From Blastocatellia bacterium (GTDB lineage Bacteria > Acidobacteriota > Blastocatellia > UBA7656), in contig CAVXWP010000009.1 in NCBI GenBank assembly GCA_963765495.1, positions 384,001 through 448,000 of the forward strand: DNA of 64,000 nt, read 5' to 3'. Of the stretch, positions 19,501-29,097 are shown piece after piece. Below the pieces are notes generated by a model that did not search any database, was not told where the DNA came from, and worked only from the letters and a program-made list of their open reading frames with translations. Every line of letters starts with the position of its first letter. Within the stretch, counting starts at the first letter, position 1. The position numbers and the translations under genes are program-made.

Positions 19501-21418
19501 AATACTCGGCGTAGCGGGAAAGTAACTGGCTGAAATCCATCTGGAGCAATTCGGTGAGGTCGCTGAATCCCGTCTCTAAAAGCTCCGTCTTGAAATTTCT
19601 CAGTACGGCAGCGCGCTTGTCTTCAAACAACCGGCCGTGTTCGAGAATCTCTCCGGCTTCACGAGAGAGACTGGTCCAGTAGTGGCCTGAAACTATGGCT
19701 TCGGTCGTCTGAGGCGAGCGGGCAATCAGAACCGCCACTTCGCAAAGCGACTCGACCTGTCCGAAAGTTGATGGCCGTGTGGTACCGATCTCGCTTGCGT
19801 AAGCTTTACTTACTTCGATCAGTTTCCAAAGAGAGCCTGCGGCTCGATCAATCGCCTCGCTCATCAGATCGCGTTCCGCGCCGCTAAGGCTCTGGAGTTC
19901 GCTCCCGCGCCAGGCGTGACGCGAAGGATCACCGATCTCTTCGAGCAACGATGCGTGCTCTAAAAAATCCCTGCACGTCTGGTCGAAGGTCGTCTTGTCG
20001 CAATTTCCGATTTCATCTATCCAGGCATTGACGACCGGGGCCGCTTCGAGTTGCGCGATCTTGCCGAAGATAAGAAAAGGCGACGCGGCAAACTTGCCAA
20101 ACGGCTCGTGCAGATCGCGCACATATCCGTTCAGGTCGCGCCGCACTTCGGCGAGGCGGTCAAGTCCGGCGTCGTCGTTGTGATCGCGCCGGGGAGGATT
20201 GTTCAAGACCCTCGCAAGCTCTTCGATCACGGCTCGCTTGTTCGTTTTGTTGCTGTGGAGGTTGAGGCAAAAATCGTGCAGACCGAGACTTTCGAGCCGG
20301 TTGTAGACGACTTCGAGTGCGGCCATCTTTTCGCTGACAAACAACACACGCTTGCCGTCGGCCAGCGCATCGGCGATCAGGTTTGCAATAGTCTGAGACT
20401 TGCCCGTGCCCGGCGGTCCTTCCAGCACAAGGTCGCGGCCCGATTTGACGGCCAGTATCGCGCGCTGCTGGCTTGAATCCGCGTCGAGCACCTGAAAGGT
20501 AGTTTCAGGCGGCAGGGCTTCATCCAGATCGGCGCGAAGCACCTCTTCGGGCAACTGGCCGAGCCGCTCGTTACGGCCCGCGCACAGCGCCTGAATCACG
20601 GCGTGATCGGCGTAATGCGCCTCGTTGATTTCCAGGTCTTTGTACATCACGAATTTTTGGAATGTGAACAATCCCAGATGGATGTCATTGGTCACACGCC
20701 AGTTCTTTTGCGAGGCGATGGATTGCTGGACGGAGGCAAAAAATTGTCCGGGATCGAAATCTTCGAATGTGTCTGGCAGTTGCGGCAATGCGATACGAAA
20801 ATCGAGCCGCAGCCTTTCGGCAATCGCCGGATTCAGGATCGGGTCATCCTGCGTGGCCTTCACAGAAAAACCGCTTCTTGCGGTCTGGCGCGACAGATGA
20901 ACCGGGAGCAGGATGAGCGGCGCTTTCAGAGGCGCAGTCGCATCGGGAGATTCAAGCCACTCTATCATGCCCAGCGCGAGAAAGAGCGTATTTACGCCCT
21001 GCTCTTCGAGCAGGCTCGTAGAGTTTTGATAAATTCTGAGCAGACTGTAATCGAGTTTCGCTTCCTGAAGCTCGGTCTGCAAAAGGGTATCCGTGTGATG
21101 CGAAGAGAGGCTTTCTCGCTCGACCGGGTGAAACTCGACCGGCTCAGTCAGCACCTGTTCGGATGTTGAAGCACCCGTTTCGGAAGCGCCCGTTTCGGAA
21201 GTTATCCGATTCTTATGGCCCGCCTGCTCTTTGAGCGGGAGAAATCTCATCGAGCGGTTTTCAAGGTGGAGGCTTCTAAAGACCTCCGCAGGCATTTCAT
21301 CAACGATGCGAACGGTCGTGACCCGCGTCGGCTTGAAGCTCAGCAGGCGATTGCGCGAAGACAGGTCTATGAGTTGACGCTTCCACCCTTCCAGGCGAAA
21401 ACGGACTGAATCATCCAT
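16532..21418 (-). CDS. DUF4011-SF1 (Upf1-like) helicase-Vsr/REase-DUF3320 protein (Hhe-like anti-phage candidate)
   Basis: WKRQLIDLSSRNRLL, EEQGVNTLFLALG, DADSSQ, GPPGTGKSQTIAN, DEASQ, GDSKQLPP, HYRSRHESLI, ENIQGDDRD, RRLNVIITRAK, ESPFE..YRIDFGV..IECDG, RIWSTDW, ESPVH. Confidence 0.9.
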   Translation of the reverse strand: MDDSVRFRLEGWKRQLIDLSSRNRLLSFKPTRVTTVRIVDEMPAEVFRSLHLENRSMRFLPLKEQAGHKNRITSETGASETGASTSEQVLTEPVEFHPVERESLSSHHTDTLLQTELQEAKLDYSLLRIYQNSTSLLEEQGVNTLFLALGMIEWLESPDATAPLKAPLILLPVHLSRQTARSGFSVKATQDDPILNPAIAERLRLDFRIALPQLPDTFEDFDPGQFFASVQQSIASQKNWRVTNDIHLGLFTFQKFVMYKDLEINEAHYADHAVIQALCAGRNERLGQLPEEVLRADLDEALPPETTFQVLDADSSQQRAILAVKSGRDLVLEGPPGTGKSQTIANLIADALADGKRVLFVSEKMAALEVVYNRLESLGLHDFCLNLHSNKTNKRAVIEELARVLNNPPRRDHNDDAGLDRLAEVRRDLNGYVRDLHEPFGKFAASPFLIFGKIAQLEAAPVVNAWIDEIGNCDKTTFDQTCRDFLEHASLLEEIGDPSRHAWRGSELQSLSGAERDLMSEAIDRAAGSLWKLIEVSKAYASEIGTTRPSTFGQVESLCEVAVLIARSPQTTEAIVSGHYWTSLSREAGEILEHGRLFEDKRAAVLRNFKTELLETGFSDLTELLQMDFSQLLSRYAEYCRTWGRFFNPAFWRDRKALRFYFREDYSPSSNEQLLKDLDVALQCRAEVLFLRERDRAGRELFGDRWLGSESDWRDLESFSDWIVKVRRFLADGFLESEGVRLAAGGQLNPDDVQIRVDEIRAHLSAARADVERVAKLGVFNPTGNVSTEAEAGLIPLAERLAELKEAIPGLRQWSLYQASLKRCEAGVGAAFLKRFYEQAIEPDEMEPAFRRLFYRRWLDLVCSERPRLEKFRALSHEKKIEEFKRLDLRALDLARRRVLHQLSRKKDELIGDGRLSPELVLVQRESRKKTRHLPLRKLLLRAPEAVRTIKPCFMMSPLSVAQFLDPSLHIFDLVIFDEASQIPPEDALGAIIRGRQVVVVGDSKQLPPTSFFSAQIIAEDDIDPSQGEAPAITDSVESILDEMASLGFARLRLRWHYRSRHESLITFSNRKFYDAELITFPGPGIDADRVGLQFHWVGGVYEGKGINSVEASAVADAVCEHIRNCPELTLGVGTFNIRQQTLILDELDKRRREDPALEFFFARRGEGQFFVKNLENIQGDDRDVIFISVTYGPDSEGRVRYNFGPLNGPNGWRRLNVIITRAKLSLRIFSSLRGEDIDPARAQSEGAQLLREYLFFAERGILSAPTLRAEAEMESPFEQSVYEELTRQGLRLAPQIGQSGYRIDFGVQDEEMPGRFIAGIECDGAAYHSAATARDRDRLRQSVLENLGWKIHRIWSTDWYQSREAQITRILNLVEQSRREAGQEELSQTAPEQKPDARSIEIEEFDPDPNDPVVEPTSFTPDGKTAPQGFLPEIESYNLTPIRILGEAESFYSEPDSRIAETLLRVVECESPVHIIEATRRVAVHWQMNRAGNRIRERIYKIAGELNRSGKLRLQGDFLWKAGQKEAVIRARAIRDYVFDAEYICPSEFEAAIIYVLKSGGARMLDELVTEVARAMGFDRTGRKLSGQISSAIQALVAQGKLRAVARGIQLRDEGSGMKKSLRKNSD

Positions 21419-21426
21419 ATTCTAAA

Positions 21427-21554
21427 GGGATGAGGGATGAGGGATGAGGGATGAAAAGGACTCTTAGGGATTACACTGATAACTGGTGTGCCGCTTTTCA
21501 CCGAGTAGTTAGCCTATATTCTTATTCATCCCTCATCTCATCCCTCATCCCTCA
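21427..21554. repeat. GGGATGA heptamer inverted-repeat element, copy 2
   Basis: (GGGATGA)4, 71-nt spacer, then TCATCCC units ending in the amidase stop. Lies 8 nt from the helicase ATG. Confidence 0.9.
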
Positions 21555-22976
21555 GATTGGTGGTCGTTGATAGCCGCCCATGGCTTCTTCAAGCAGGGCG
21601 GCGGTCACAAGCACGTCCTCTTCTTCAAAGGGGCGGCCTACGAGTTGCACGCCTATGGGCAAGCCTTCCGGCGAGCGCCCGCACGGAATGACTACGGCAG
21701 GCAATCCGAGCAGGTTGTAGCTTTGCGCGTAACTGAATGCCTTGAGGTATTCGACCTGTTGGCCTTCTATCTCGAAGCCCCCCTGATGCCCCTGCGCGAA
21801 GGCGGGCATCGCCGTTACCGGCGCGAGTATGAGCGGGCATTCCATCATCTCGTTTACAACCGAGATCTTGAGCATGTCTCGTTTGATCCACGCGCTCATG
21901 TATTGATCGAGCGTGAGCGACTCTTTTTCAACCAGATGCTTGAGCGCCTGAATAAGCGGCCCCATCAGTTCTTCTCTGCCCTCGTACATCCGTACGAGTC
22001 CCGGCACGCCCGCCTGTCCGAGCCACGCGTACCACAGGTCGAATGCCTGCTCGATTCCGCGAGGCCGACGCTCTTCCACCTGATAGCCGAGGCTTTCCAG
22101 CACACCGGCTACGCGCTCGATTGTTTCCCTCGTCGCTGCGGTCACGGGCGAGACGCCGTCATCCGTGTACCACATAACGCGCCGCCATCGCTCATCGCGT
22201 GTATCTTTTTCCTTTGCGTGGCTATGAAAAGGCAGGGGGACAGAGGCCGGGTCGGAAGGATCAAATCCGGCCAGCACTTTGAGCATAAGCGCGAGGTCTT
22301 CCACGCGGCGAGCCATGGGGCCGAGCGATGCGCCAAGCGCGAACGGGCCTATCCCCGGCGGGAAATGGCCCGAACCCGGAACCCTCCCAGGAGTAGGCTT
22401 GAGCCCCGCTATGCCGCAAAAATGCGAAGGGATGCGGATCGAGCCGCCGAGGTCCGACCCTACACCGGCAGCCGAGCACCCCGATGCTATGGCCGCCGCC
22501 TCTCCCCCGCTTGACCCGCCCGGAACACGCTCCGTGTCCCACGGGTTTCGCGTAGCGCCAAAGACTACATTTTCAGAGCGGTAATCCATAGCCAGTTCGG
22601 GCACGTTTGTCTTGCCGAGAATGATCGCGCCCGCGCGCTTTAATCGGGCAACTACGGGCGCATCCGTTTCCGGGATAAAAGACTCGCGCAATCGCGTGCC
22701 CGCTACCGTGCGAACCCCCGCCGTGTCGATAGTGTCTTTTATGGAGATCGGAACGCCATGCAGCGGGCGCGGAGTCAGAATGCGTGAGATGTTCTTCTCG
22801 GCCACGTGAGCTTCATCAATCGCCTGCTCAAATGTGGTCGTGACATATGCATTCAGTTTTGGATTCACTTCTTCGATGCGGTGAATGTAGGCTTTGACCG
22901 CTTCGACCGGCGAGACCTCTTTTGCCCGTATCATCTGCGCGAGTTTTGCCGCTGATACAAATACCAGATCGCTCAT
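21552..22976 (-). CDS. Amidase-signature family enzyme
   Basis: PLHGVPISIKD, GKTNVPE, PGGSSGGEAA, GSDLGGSIRIP, GLPIGVQLVG. Start may be GTG 23006. Confidence 0.93.
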   Translation of the reverse strand: MSDLVFVSAAKLAQMIRAKEVSPVEAVKAYIHRIEEVNPKLNAYVTTTFEQAIDEAHVAEKNISRILTPRPLHGVPISIKDTIDTAGVRTVAGTRLRESFIPETDAPVVARLKRAGAIILGKTNVPELAMDYRSENVVFGATRNPWDTERVPGGSSGGEAAAIASGCSAAGVGSDLGGSIRIPSHFCGIAGLKPTPGRVPGSGHFPPGIGPFALGASLGPMARRVEDLALMLKVLAGFDPSDPASVPLPFHSHAKEKDTRDERWRRVMWYTDDGVSPVTAATRETIERVAGVLESLGYQVEERRPRGIEQAFDLWYAWLGQAGVPGLVRMYEGREELMGPLIQALKHLVEKESLTLDQYMSAWIKRDMLKISVVNEMMECPLILAPVTAMPAFAQGHQGGFEIEGQQVEYLKAFSYAQSYNLLGLPAVVIPCGRSPEGLPIGVQLVGRPFEEEDVLVTAALLEEAMGGYQRPPI

Positions 22977-23061
22977 CTCGAACCTTTCATGCCCGGATTC
23001 TTTCACGGGCGTTTGTCCAGACGAAGTGTGAAGACCTCAGGGCGTCATAATGTTGTTTTAT

Positions 23062-23619
23062 TCACTCGGTCGGAAAATCGGGACTGGCTTTGATCTTTTC
23101 GATCTGGCCCACGTGCCTTCTTTCGTGACGGCCCGCGATCAGAAGCCACTGGTACATGTGAAAATCTCCGCCCACCGGATGAGGTCGAACCAGATGCGTG
23201 AGGTCGTATTTCGAAAGTTGCTCGAATTCGGCCAGCATCTCCTGGCGCGATTGGTCGAGCTTTGCAAGCGATTCCTCCACCGTAATCTGAGAGCGCGGAA
23301 CAACCCTGTCGGGCGCTTGCGCCTTCATGCCCCTTATTTTCTGCCCGAAACTGTCCAGGCAATCGAGCACCGACTGGTCGGGCGTAGGGTCAGGTGGCAC
23401 ATTCATCTCTTCGGCCTGCTTCAACATAAATACCCCGAGTTTTGCGCTGGCCTCGCCCGTCAGCGCCAGATGATGCAGTATGTCGCTGATTGACCATTGA
23501 TCTTCCGCCCGTTTGTAATCGAGTTGATTACTGCTCAAACCCGAAACGGCGTTGATCAGCACCTGTCGGTCCTCCGTTATAGAGTCTTGAATCTCCTGAA
23601 GCTTCTTCGATACCGGCAT
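23062..23619 (-). CDS. DinB-family protein
   Basis: WSISDILHHL...HP..G...HERRH metal-binding pattern. Confidence 0.85.
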   Translation of the reverse strand: MPVSKKLQEIQDSITEDRQVLINAVSGLSSNQLDYKRAEDQWSISDILHHLALTGEASAKLGVFMLKQAEEMNVPPDPTPDQSVLDCLDSFGQKIRGMKAQAPDRVVPRSQITVEESLAKLDQSRQEMLAEFEQLSKYDLTHLVRPHPVGGDFHMYQWLLIAGRHERRHVGQIEKIKASPDFPTE

Positions 23620-23748
23620 AAGTCCTCCAACCTGTAGACCCGAATTATGATTGATCCTTAGCTGCTCTGGATGCTCATAAGAATACTAGCTGCTATCGGA
23701 ACTGGCAACTCGACTGCTTGATGAGAAGTGTCTTGCCTGCCTTGCGCC

Positions 23749-23952
23749 CAGAGCCATTCAGTTTTTGACTTGCAGGCAATAGGCAAATTAAAGGTTGATT
23801 TGAAGCATAGGTGAGTTGAAATAGGCCGCGGATGACGCGGATGCGGCGGATTTTCGCGGATCTGAATATATAAGCGTAGATCCGCCCGACCCGCGTCCGT
23901 CCCGACCTATTCCCCTTCTCCATATCCAAATTTTGAAAACTGATTGATTCCG
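23749..23952. mobile_element. Full-length CAGGG-MITE copy with central 9-mer hairpin
   Basis: CAGAGCCATTCAGTTTTTGACTTGC...AATAGGCCGCGGATGACGCGGATGCGGCGGAT...CCTATTCCCC...TTTTGAAAACTGATTGATTCCG. Confidence 0.78.
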
Positions 23953-24028
23953 CGCAAAGCGGGACCAGGACTTGCGCTTTGTCTTTCTGATATTGGTTTG
24001 ATATAACGGGTCGCGGCAGGCAAACCCG

Positions 24029-26347
24029 ATGAAGACTTTCTCGTTTATTAAACCGCTCTATCATAGACCGCTTTTGCTTATCCTTATTTTGGCTTTGGGC
24101 GTCAATGCATCGGCTCAAGCAAAAAAGCCCGCGCTCAGAGATATAAACAGCTATCTCAGAAACGAAACGAGGACCGATGTAGGAGGCGAGGGGCTCTGGC
24201 TGCCCGGACTCGACGGCAAGCTTACCCGGTGGATTACGCCCGCGCCAGGTTTCACGGGGCAGGTTTACTATGTTCACGCGACGGCCTTTGCCGGTCTGTT
24301 TCAATATGAGTTTCAAACCCGGCAGGGCGCAAGCCTTACCGCAGTAGTCGTCAAACACGAATGGACCCCGGCCTATACCAGAACACGCTATAGCTTGAAT
24401 GACGAAGACGGACGCCGGGTGGCTGCGCTTGAAGAGACTAAATTTATAAACGATTCGGAGCAGGCTTTCAGCCGGGTCAGGCTCTCAGGCAATGATAAGC
24501 GCCCGGTCGTGATCCGTGTGCGCATCAAAGACCTGCTCGCGGGAAATCGAGGCGAGGCCCACAAACCTGCCAATACACCTGTAAATACGCCTGCAAATAC
24601 GCTCGTAAATACGCCCGAAAATACGATTGCCGGGCGGCTGATCTTCAACCCCACAACTTACTATTTCACCGATCTCGAAATCAGAAAAGTTTATCTGCTC
24701 GCGGCAGACCGCTTCGCTCCGGCTGATGAGTCGTCGCTCCTCAGAGAGATAAGGCTAAACCCAAAGACGAGCGCTTCGTTCACGGCAAGGCTCGCCTTCG
24801 GCGATGACTTCGGCCAGTGCGCCCGGAGGCTGAGAGACGCATTAAAGACCGACGCGCTCATCGCGCGAGTCAACGACTTCAATCAATGGTTTGCCTCAAA
24901 CGTCCCCGCGTTCACCTGCTCGGATAAAGATTTCGAGAAGATGTATTATTATCGCTGGTACGTGGTGAAAAAGACCGCGATCAACACTCGCAAGTTCATT
25001 CCCACCCATCCATATCCCGCCCCGGTCATGTACGAAGGCGTAGCCGGGCGCTGGTTCACAAAGGTCATAGGGCTTCCCCTCCCCTTGCAGATAGTCGAAG
25101 CCCGCTGGCTGAACGACAAATCCATAGCCACGGGGCAGGCCCGCACGGCGATCACAAAGCCCGATTTCTTCGATTATCTAAACTGGACACCCTGGGCCAT
25201 CTGGCAGCTTCATCTCGTAGCCCCAAACAAGCAATTGATCAAAGATGCGCTTCCGGCAATGGAAAACTTCACGCGAAGCGAAGAGGCAAAGGACGAGGAC
25301 CGGGACGCTTTGCCCACGGTCTGGGGAACCTGGATCACGGGGATGGAATACCAGCCGAGCTTCTTTTATTTTACAAAACCGCGATGGGATCACAGGCTTG
25401 CCGTCGAGTTTGTGACCGACGATCACCTGACAAAAGACCCGGCGATTTATAAGAAATATCTGCCGCTTGAGCGCGTGGACGAGGCTACGTATTACTACCT
25501 CAACAACCTCGCCGTGGCAAAAGGCGCGGCCCTTCTGGGCGACTCGAAACTCGAGCGCGCCTCAAACGAGCGCGCCGCCTCCGTCCGTCGATCCGTGATG
25601 GAGAAGATGTGGGACAGGCAGGCGGAATTTTTTTATGACATTCACCCGACGACTCACGAAAAGGCGCTTGAGGCAAAGACTATTGACGGCTTCTTTCCTT
25701 TCCTTTTCGGAGAGATGGCCGACCGGTCGGAGGCTTCCGTCTTCAAACACCTCTTCAACCCCAAAGAATTCTGGAGCGCGTGGCCCGTCCCTACCGTGGC
25801 GATGGATTCGCCCGCATACGATTCGCACGGCCTGTGGAAGATAGGCCCCGGGGCGAGCGCCGAAAACCCGTACAGGTATGTGACAAGCTGGAACGGGCCA
25901 AGCTGGCTATTCAGCAATTCGCTCGTTGCAGAAGGATTGGGAAACGCGGCGCGAATGTCTGAGGATGCCGCATTGGTTTCCGAGTTCAATCAATTGATGA
26001 AGAAGTATACCGAGATCATGTTTCTCGGAGGCAATAAAGACCTGCCCTGTACGGTCGAGCATTACGATTCGATGACGGGCAAAAACATCAGATTGCTGGC
26101 CGATTATTTTCACTCGTTTTATAACGATCTGCTCATTCGTTTTATGATAGGGATAGTCCCGCGCGAAGACGATTTGATAGAGATTGACCCGCTTGCGCGT
26201 GAGTGGAAAAACTTTGCGATCCGCGATGTCAGCTATCGCAACCATAAGATCACAGTCGAGTACGGCAGAAGGTTTACGGTGATAATCGACGGCAAAAGGG
26301 TGCTTGATTCGCCTGTATTGAAGCGGTTTGTTTATGATCCGAATTAA
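24029..26347 (+). CDS. Secreted glycoside hydrolase of the (alpha/alpha)6-barrel type (GH63/MGH1/trehalase-like)
   Basis: Signal peptide ending NASA-Q; KMYYYRW, TGME, MWD..FFYD, EFWS.WPVPTV, WNGPSW, EHYDS..G, YFHS. Confidence 0.75.
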   Translation: MKTFSFIKPLYHRPLLLILILALGVNASAQAKKPALRDINSYLRNETRTDVGGEGLWLPGLDGKLTRWITPAPGFTGQVYYVHATAFAGLFQYEFQTRQGASLTAVVVKHEWTPAYTRTRYSLNDEDGRRVAALEETKFINDSEQAFSRVRLSGNDKRPVVIRVRIKDLLAGNRGEAHKPANTPVNTPANTLVNTPENTIAGRLIFNPTTYYFTDLEIRKVYLLAADRFAPADESSLLREIRLNPKTSASFTARLAFGDDFGQCARRLRDALKTDALIARVNDFNQWFASNVPAFTCSDKDFEKMYYYRWYVVKKTAINTRKFIPTHPYPAPVMYEGVAGRWFTKVIGLPLPLQIVEARWLNDKSIATGQARTAITKPDFFDYLNWTPWAIWQLHLVAPNKQLIKDALPAMENFTRSEEAKDEDRDALPTVWGTWITGMEYQPSFFYFTKPRWDHRLAVEFVTDDHLTKDPAIYKKYLPLERVDEATYYYLNNLAVAKGAALLGDSKLERASNERAASVRRSVMEKMWDRQAEFFYDIHPTTHEKALEAKTIDGFFPFLFGEMADRSEASVFKHLFNPKEFWSAWPVPTVAMDSPAYDSHGLWKIGPGASAENPYRYVTSWNGPSWLFSNSLVAEGLGNAARMSEDAALVSEFNQLMKKYTEIMFLGGNKDLPCTVEHYDSMTGKNIRLLADYFHSFYNDLLIRFMIGIVPREDDLIEIDPLAREWKNFAIRDVSYRNHKITVEYGRRFTVIIDGKRVLDSPVLKRFVYDPN
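24567..24625 (+). repeat. In-frame 12-bp tandem repeat (PANT/PVNT/PANT/LVNT/PENT)
   Basis: Five AATAC-ending units inside the hydrolase. Confidence 0.8.
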
Positions 26348-26442
26348 ATCCAAATCTAATCCCGTGAGTCCTGTCAAAATTTGCCTTCTGCGTTTCAGTA
26401 TCATAAGGTAAATAGGAAAACTCAATTTTAAAGGGGGAACAA

Positions 26443-27717
26443 TTGATAGAATGGATTCGTGAATGGATGATGCAGCAGGGTGTAAGCGGTGCAACCGCTG
26501 GCCCGCTGGTCAGGGGCATTTTGATCTTTCTCGTTGTCGTATTCAGCATCCTCTCGAAAATAATTGCCAGACGGCTTCTGCTCGGGGGGATGACTTACCT
26601 GAGCGCGCGCACGCATTCGCGCTGGGACGACATCATACTTGAGAGAAAAGTTCTTTCAAAGCTCTCGCATTTCGCCCCGGCGATGGTCATCTACATTATG
26701 GCCCCGCTCGTCTTCGAAGGCTCTGAACGCTGGATAGGATATACGGAGCGTGCTGTCTTCATCTATATGATAGTCGCGGCGGTTATGGTCGCGGATTCAC
26801 TTTTGAACGCGGTCCTCGATATCTATCAGACCTATGAAGTCTCTAAAGAGAAGCCCATAAAAGGGATCATGCAGGTCTTAAAGATAGTGCTCTTCTTTAT
26901 AGGCGCGATATTTATATTTTCGGTGATACTAAACAGAACGCCTGTCTATTTTCTGAGCGGTCTTGGCGCGCTGACCGCCGTCTTGATGCTGATTTTTAAA
27001 GACACCATACTCGGGTTCGTAGCCGGGATACAACTGACAACCAATCGAATGATAGCGCAGGGCGACTGGATCGAAATGCCAAAGTACGGCGCTGACGGCG
27101 ACGTGATGGAGGTCGCGCTTACTACGGTCAAGGTGCGAAATTTCGATAAGACCATAACGACTATTCCCACCTATGCGCTGATAAGCGAATCGTTCAAGAA
27201 CTGGCGAGGGATGAAAGAATCCGACGGGCGGCGAATAAAGAGAGCCCTCTATATCGACATAAGCACGATCAAATTTTGCAATGAAGAGATGATCGAGCGG
27301 TTCTCACGAATCCGCTACATTGCGGAATATATTGAGCAAAAGAAGCAGGAACTGGCCGAATACAACGCGACAAATCAGACCGGAAATTCTCCTCTGGTAA
27401 ACCGCCGACGTCTGACCAATATCGGTACGCTCAGGGCTTACATCACCGCTTATTTGAGGAACAATCCGATGATCAATTCGGAGATGACCCTGATGGTGCG
27501 ACAGCTTCCGCCGACCGAGCACGGATTGCCGCTCGAGATATATGTATTTTGCAAAGACAAGGTCTGGGTCAATTACGAAGCAGCTCAGGCAGACCTGTTC
27601 GATCACATTCTGGCCATAATACCCGAGTTCGATCTGAAGGTATTTCAATATCCGGCGGGGGATGATTTCCGAGAGCTTGCGCACCTGAGCAGCAAGGTTG
27701 CATCCCGGCAGACGTAA
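26443..27717 (+). CDS. Small-conductance mechanosensitive channel (MscS family, YbdG-like)
   Basis: LSGLGALTAVLMLIFKDTILGFVAGIQL, GDWIEMPKYGADGDV, NWRGMKESDGRRIKR, GLPLEIY. Confidence 0.93.
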   Translation: MIEWIREWMMQQGVSGATAGPLVRGILIFLVVVFSILSKIIARRLLLGGMTYLSARTHSRWDDIILERKVLSKLSHFAPAMVIYIMAPLVFEGSERWIGYTERAVFIYMIVAAVMVADSLLNAVLDIYQTYEVSKEKPIKGIMQVLKIVLFFIGAIFIFSVILNRTPVYFLSGLGALTAVLMLIFKDTILGFVAGIQLTTNRMIAQGDWIEMPKYGADGDVMEVALTTVKVRNFDKTITTIPTYALISESFKNWRGMKESDGRRIKRALYIDISTIKFCNEEMIERFSRIRYIAEYIEQKKQELAEYNATNQTGNSPLVNRRRLTNIGTLRAYITAYLRNNPMINSEMTLMVRQLPPTEHGLPLEIYVFCKDKVWVNYEAAQADLFDHILAIIPEFDLKVFQYPAGDDFRELAHLSSKVASRQT

Positions 27718-27791
27718 TAATTTGAGCAGATGCTTGATTGCGGGCCGCGCCGCCGTTACCATTGCCAGCACCTTTGAAACCGACTACTGAA

Positions 27792-28994
27792 ATGACAACC
27801 GCGCATGGCAGACGTGAAGCAAATCGCGCGCTCGCGCTGGTTTCGCTTGCCGTGTTGCTGGCTTCGTCCACGTGGTTTTCAGGCACGGCAGCCGCGCCCG
27901 TCCTCAAAAGAATCTGGCTCTTGAGCGATTCGGGAAGCGCGTGGCTCACCATATCGGTTCAGCTTGGCTTTATCACAGGGACTTTCCTTTACTCATTCCT
28001 GAACCTGTCGGATCGCTTCAACGCGCGGTGGGTCTTTTTCGCATCGGCAGCGGCGAGCGCGCTCTTCAACGCAGGTTTTGCGTGGGCAGGCTACGGGCTC
28101 GTATCTGCCGTCGTGTTTCGATTTTTGACGGGGCTGGCGCTTGCGGGCGTCTATCCGGTTGGGATGAAGATCATCGCCATGTGGTTCCAGTCGGGGCTTG
28201 GATGGCGATTGGGTGTGATGGTTGGCGCGCTCACGCTCGGGACGGCTTCGCCTTATCTGATACTCGCGCTCGGAGCCCAGTTCAACTGGCGGATTCTCAT
28301 CACGCTCGCTTCGCTTGCGGCTGCGGCGGGCGGCGCGCTGATGGTTGCGGGTGTTGAGGATGGGCCTTATCTGAAACAGCGCGCGCCTTTTGACGGGCGG
28401 ATGCTCGTAAAGGTCTTCCGGCACAGACCGTTTCGTTATTCGGCATTCGGATATTTCGGCCATATGTGGGAGCTTTATGCTTTCTGGTCGCTTGCGGCCT
28501 TTTATTTGAGCGCGCGTTTTCCGGGCGGCGCGCAAGATAGGGCCAGTCAGCTTGCGCTGCTCTCTTTTATTACGATAGGAATCGGGGCAATCGGATGTGT
28601 TGCGGGCGGCTGGATTTCACGGCGCGCAGGAGAGCGCCCGGTTGCGTTTGTCTCGCTTGTGGTCAGCGCGAGTATGTGCGCGCTTTCGGGATTTGCATTT
28701 GAGTTACCCGCAAAGCTTTTGATCGTCTACATTCTGATCTGGGGGATATTTGTGATTTCGGATTCGCCACAGTTTTCGGCGCTCGCGGCCCGGTACTGTC
28801 CGCCCGATTACACCGGCACGGCGCTCACGGTGCAAAACGGGGTAGGCTTTGCAATCACGGTGATTTCGATTCAACTTCTGCCCCTGATCGCGGGGCAGGT
28901 TGGATGGCGATGGGCCTTCGCGTTCCTCACAATCGGCCCGGTTCTAGGCGCATATTTTATGCTGCGCCTTCGGGACTTGACGAGTGATGCGTGA
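27792..28994 (+). CDS. MFS transporter
   Basis: About 12 hydrophobic segments; RFLTGLALAGVYPVGMK, GYFGHMWELY, DSPQFSAL. Confidence 0.9.
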   Translation: MTTAHGRREANRALALVSLAVLLASSTWFSGTAAAPVLKRIWLLSDSGSAWLTISVQLGFITGTFLYSFLNLSDRFNARWVFFASAAASALFNAGFAWAGYGLVSAVVFRFLTGLALAGVYPVGMKIIAMWFQSGLGWRLGVMVGALTLGTASPYLILALGAQFNWRILITLASLAAAAGGALMVAGVEDGPYLKQRAPFDGRMLVKVFRHRPFRYSAFGYFGHMWELYAFWSLAAFYLSARFPGGAQDRASQLALLSFITIGIGAIGCVAGGWISRRAGERPVAFVSLVVSASMCALSGFAFELPAKLLIVYILIWGIFVISDSPQFSALAARYCPPDYTGTALTVQNGVGFAITVISIQLLPLIAGQVGWRWAFAFLTIGPVLGAYFMLRLRDLTSDA

Positions 28995-29094
28995 TGCGTG
29001 ATGCGTGACTTTCAGGCATCGCGGTTGTAAAAAATAACTTGCAAGCCTGCTTGCGTCACGGATCACGGATCACGCATCACGTGAGCGCATCACG
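28984..29094. repeat. GTGATGC/GCATCAC heptamer inverted-repeat element
   Basis: Supplies the MFS stop codon. Spacer shares AACTTGCAA.CCTGCT with 48908-48999. Confidence 0.85.
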
Positions 29095-29097
29095 TCC

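Noticed and set aside
21552-22976. Amidase as gatA
   Set aside because: It is not linked to gatB/gatC, and it has PELAM and GSDLGGSIRIP instead of the GatA-typical DEFAMGS and GSDTGGSIRQP.
23693-24358. ORFs containing SAKIRRIRVIRGLF (also 45064..45660, 45152..45370) and [10 protein letters not shown]-type peptides
   Set aside because: These are translations of the non-coding repeats, not genes.
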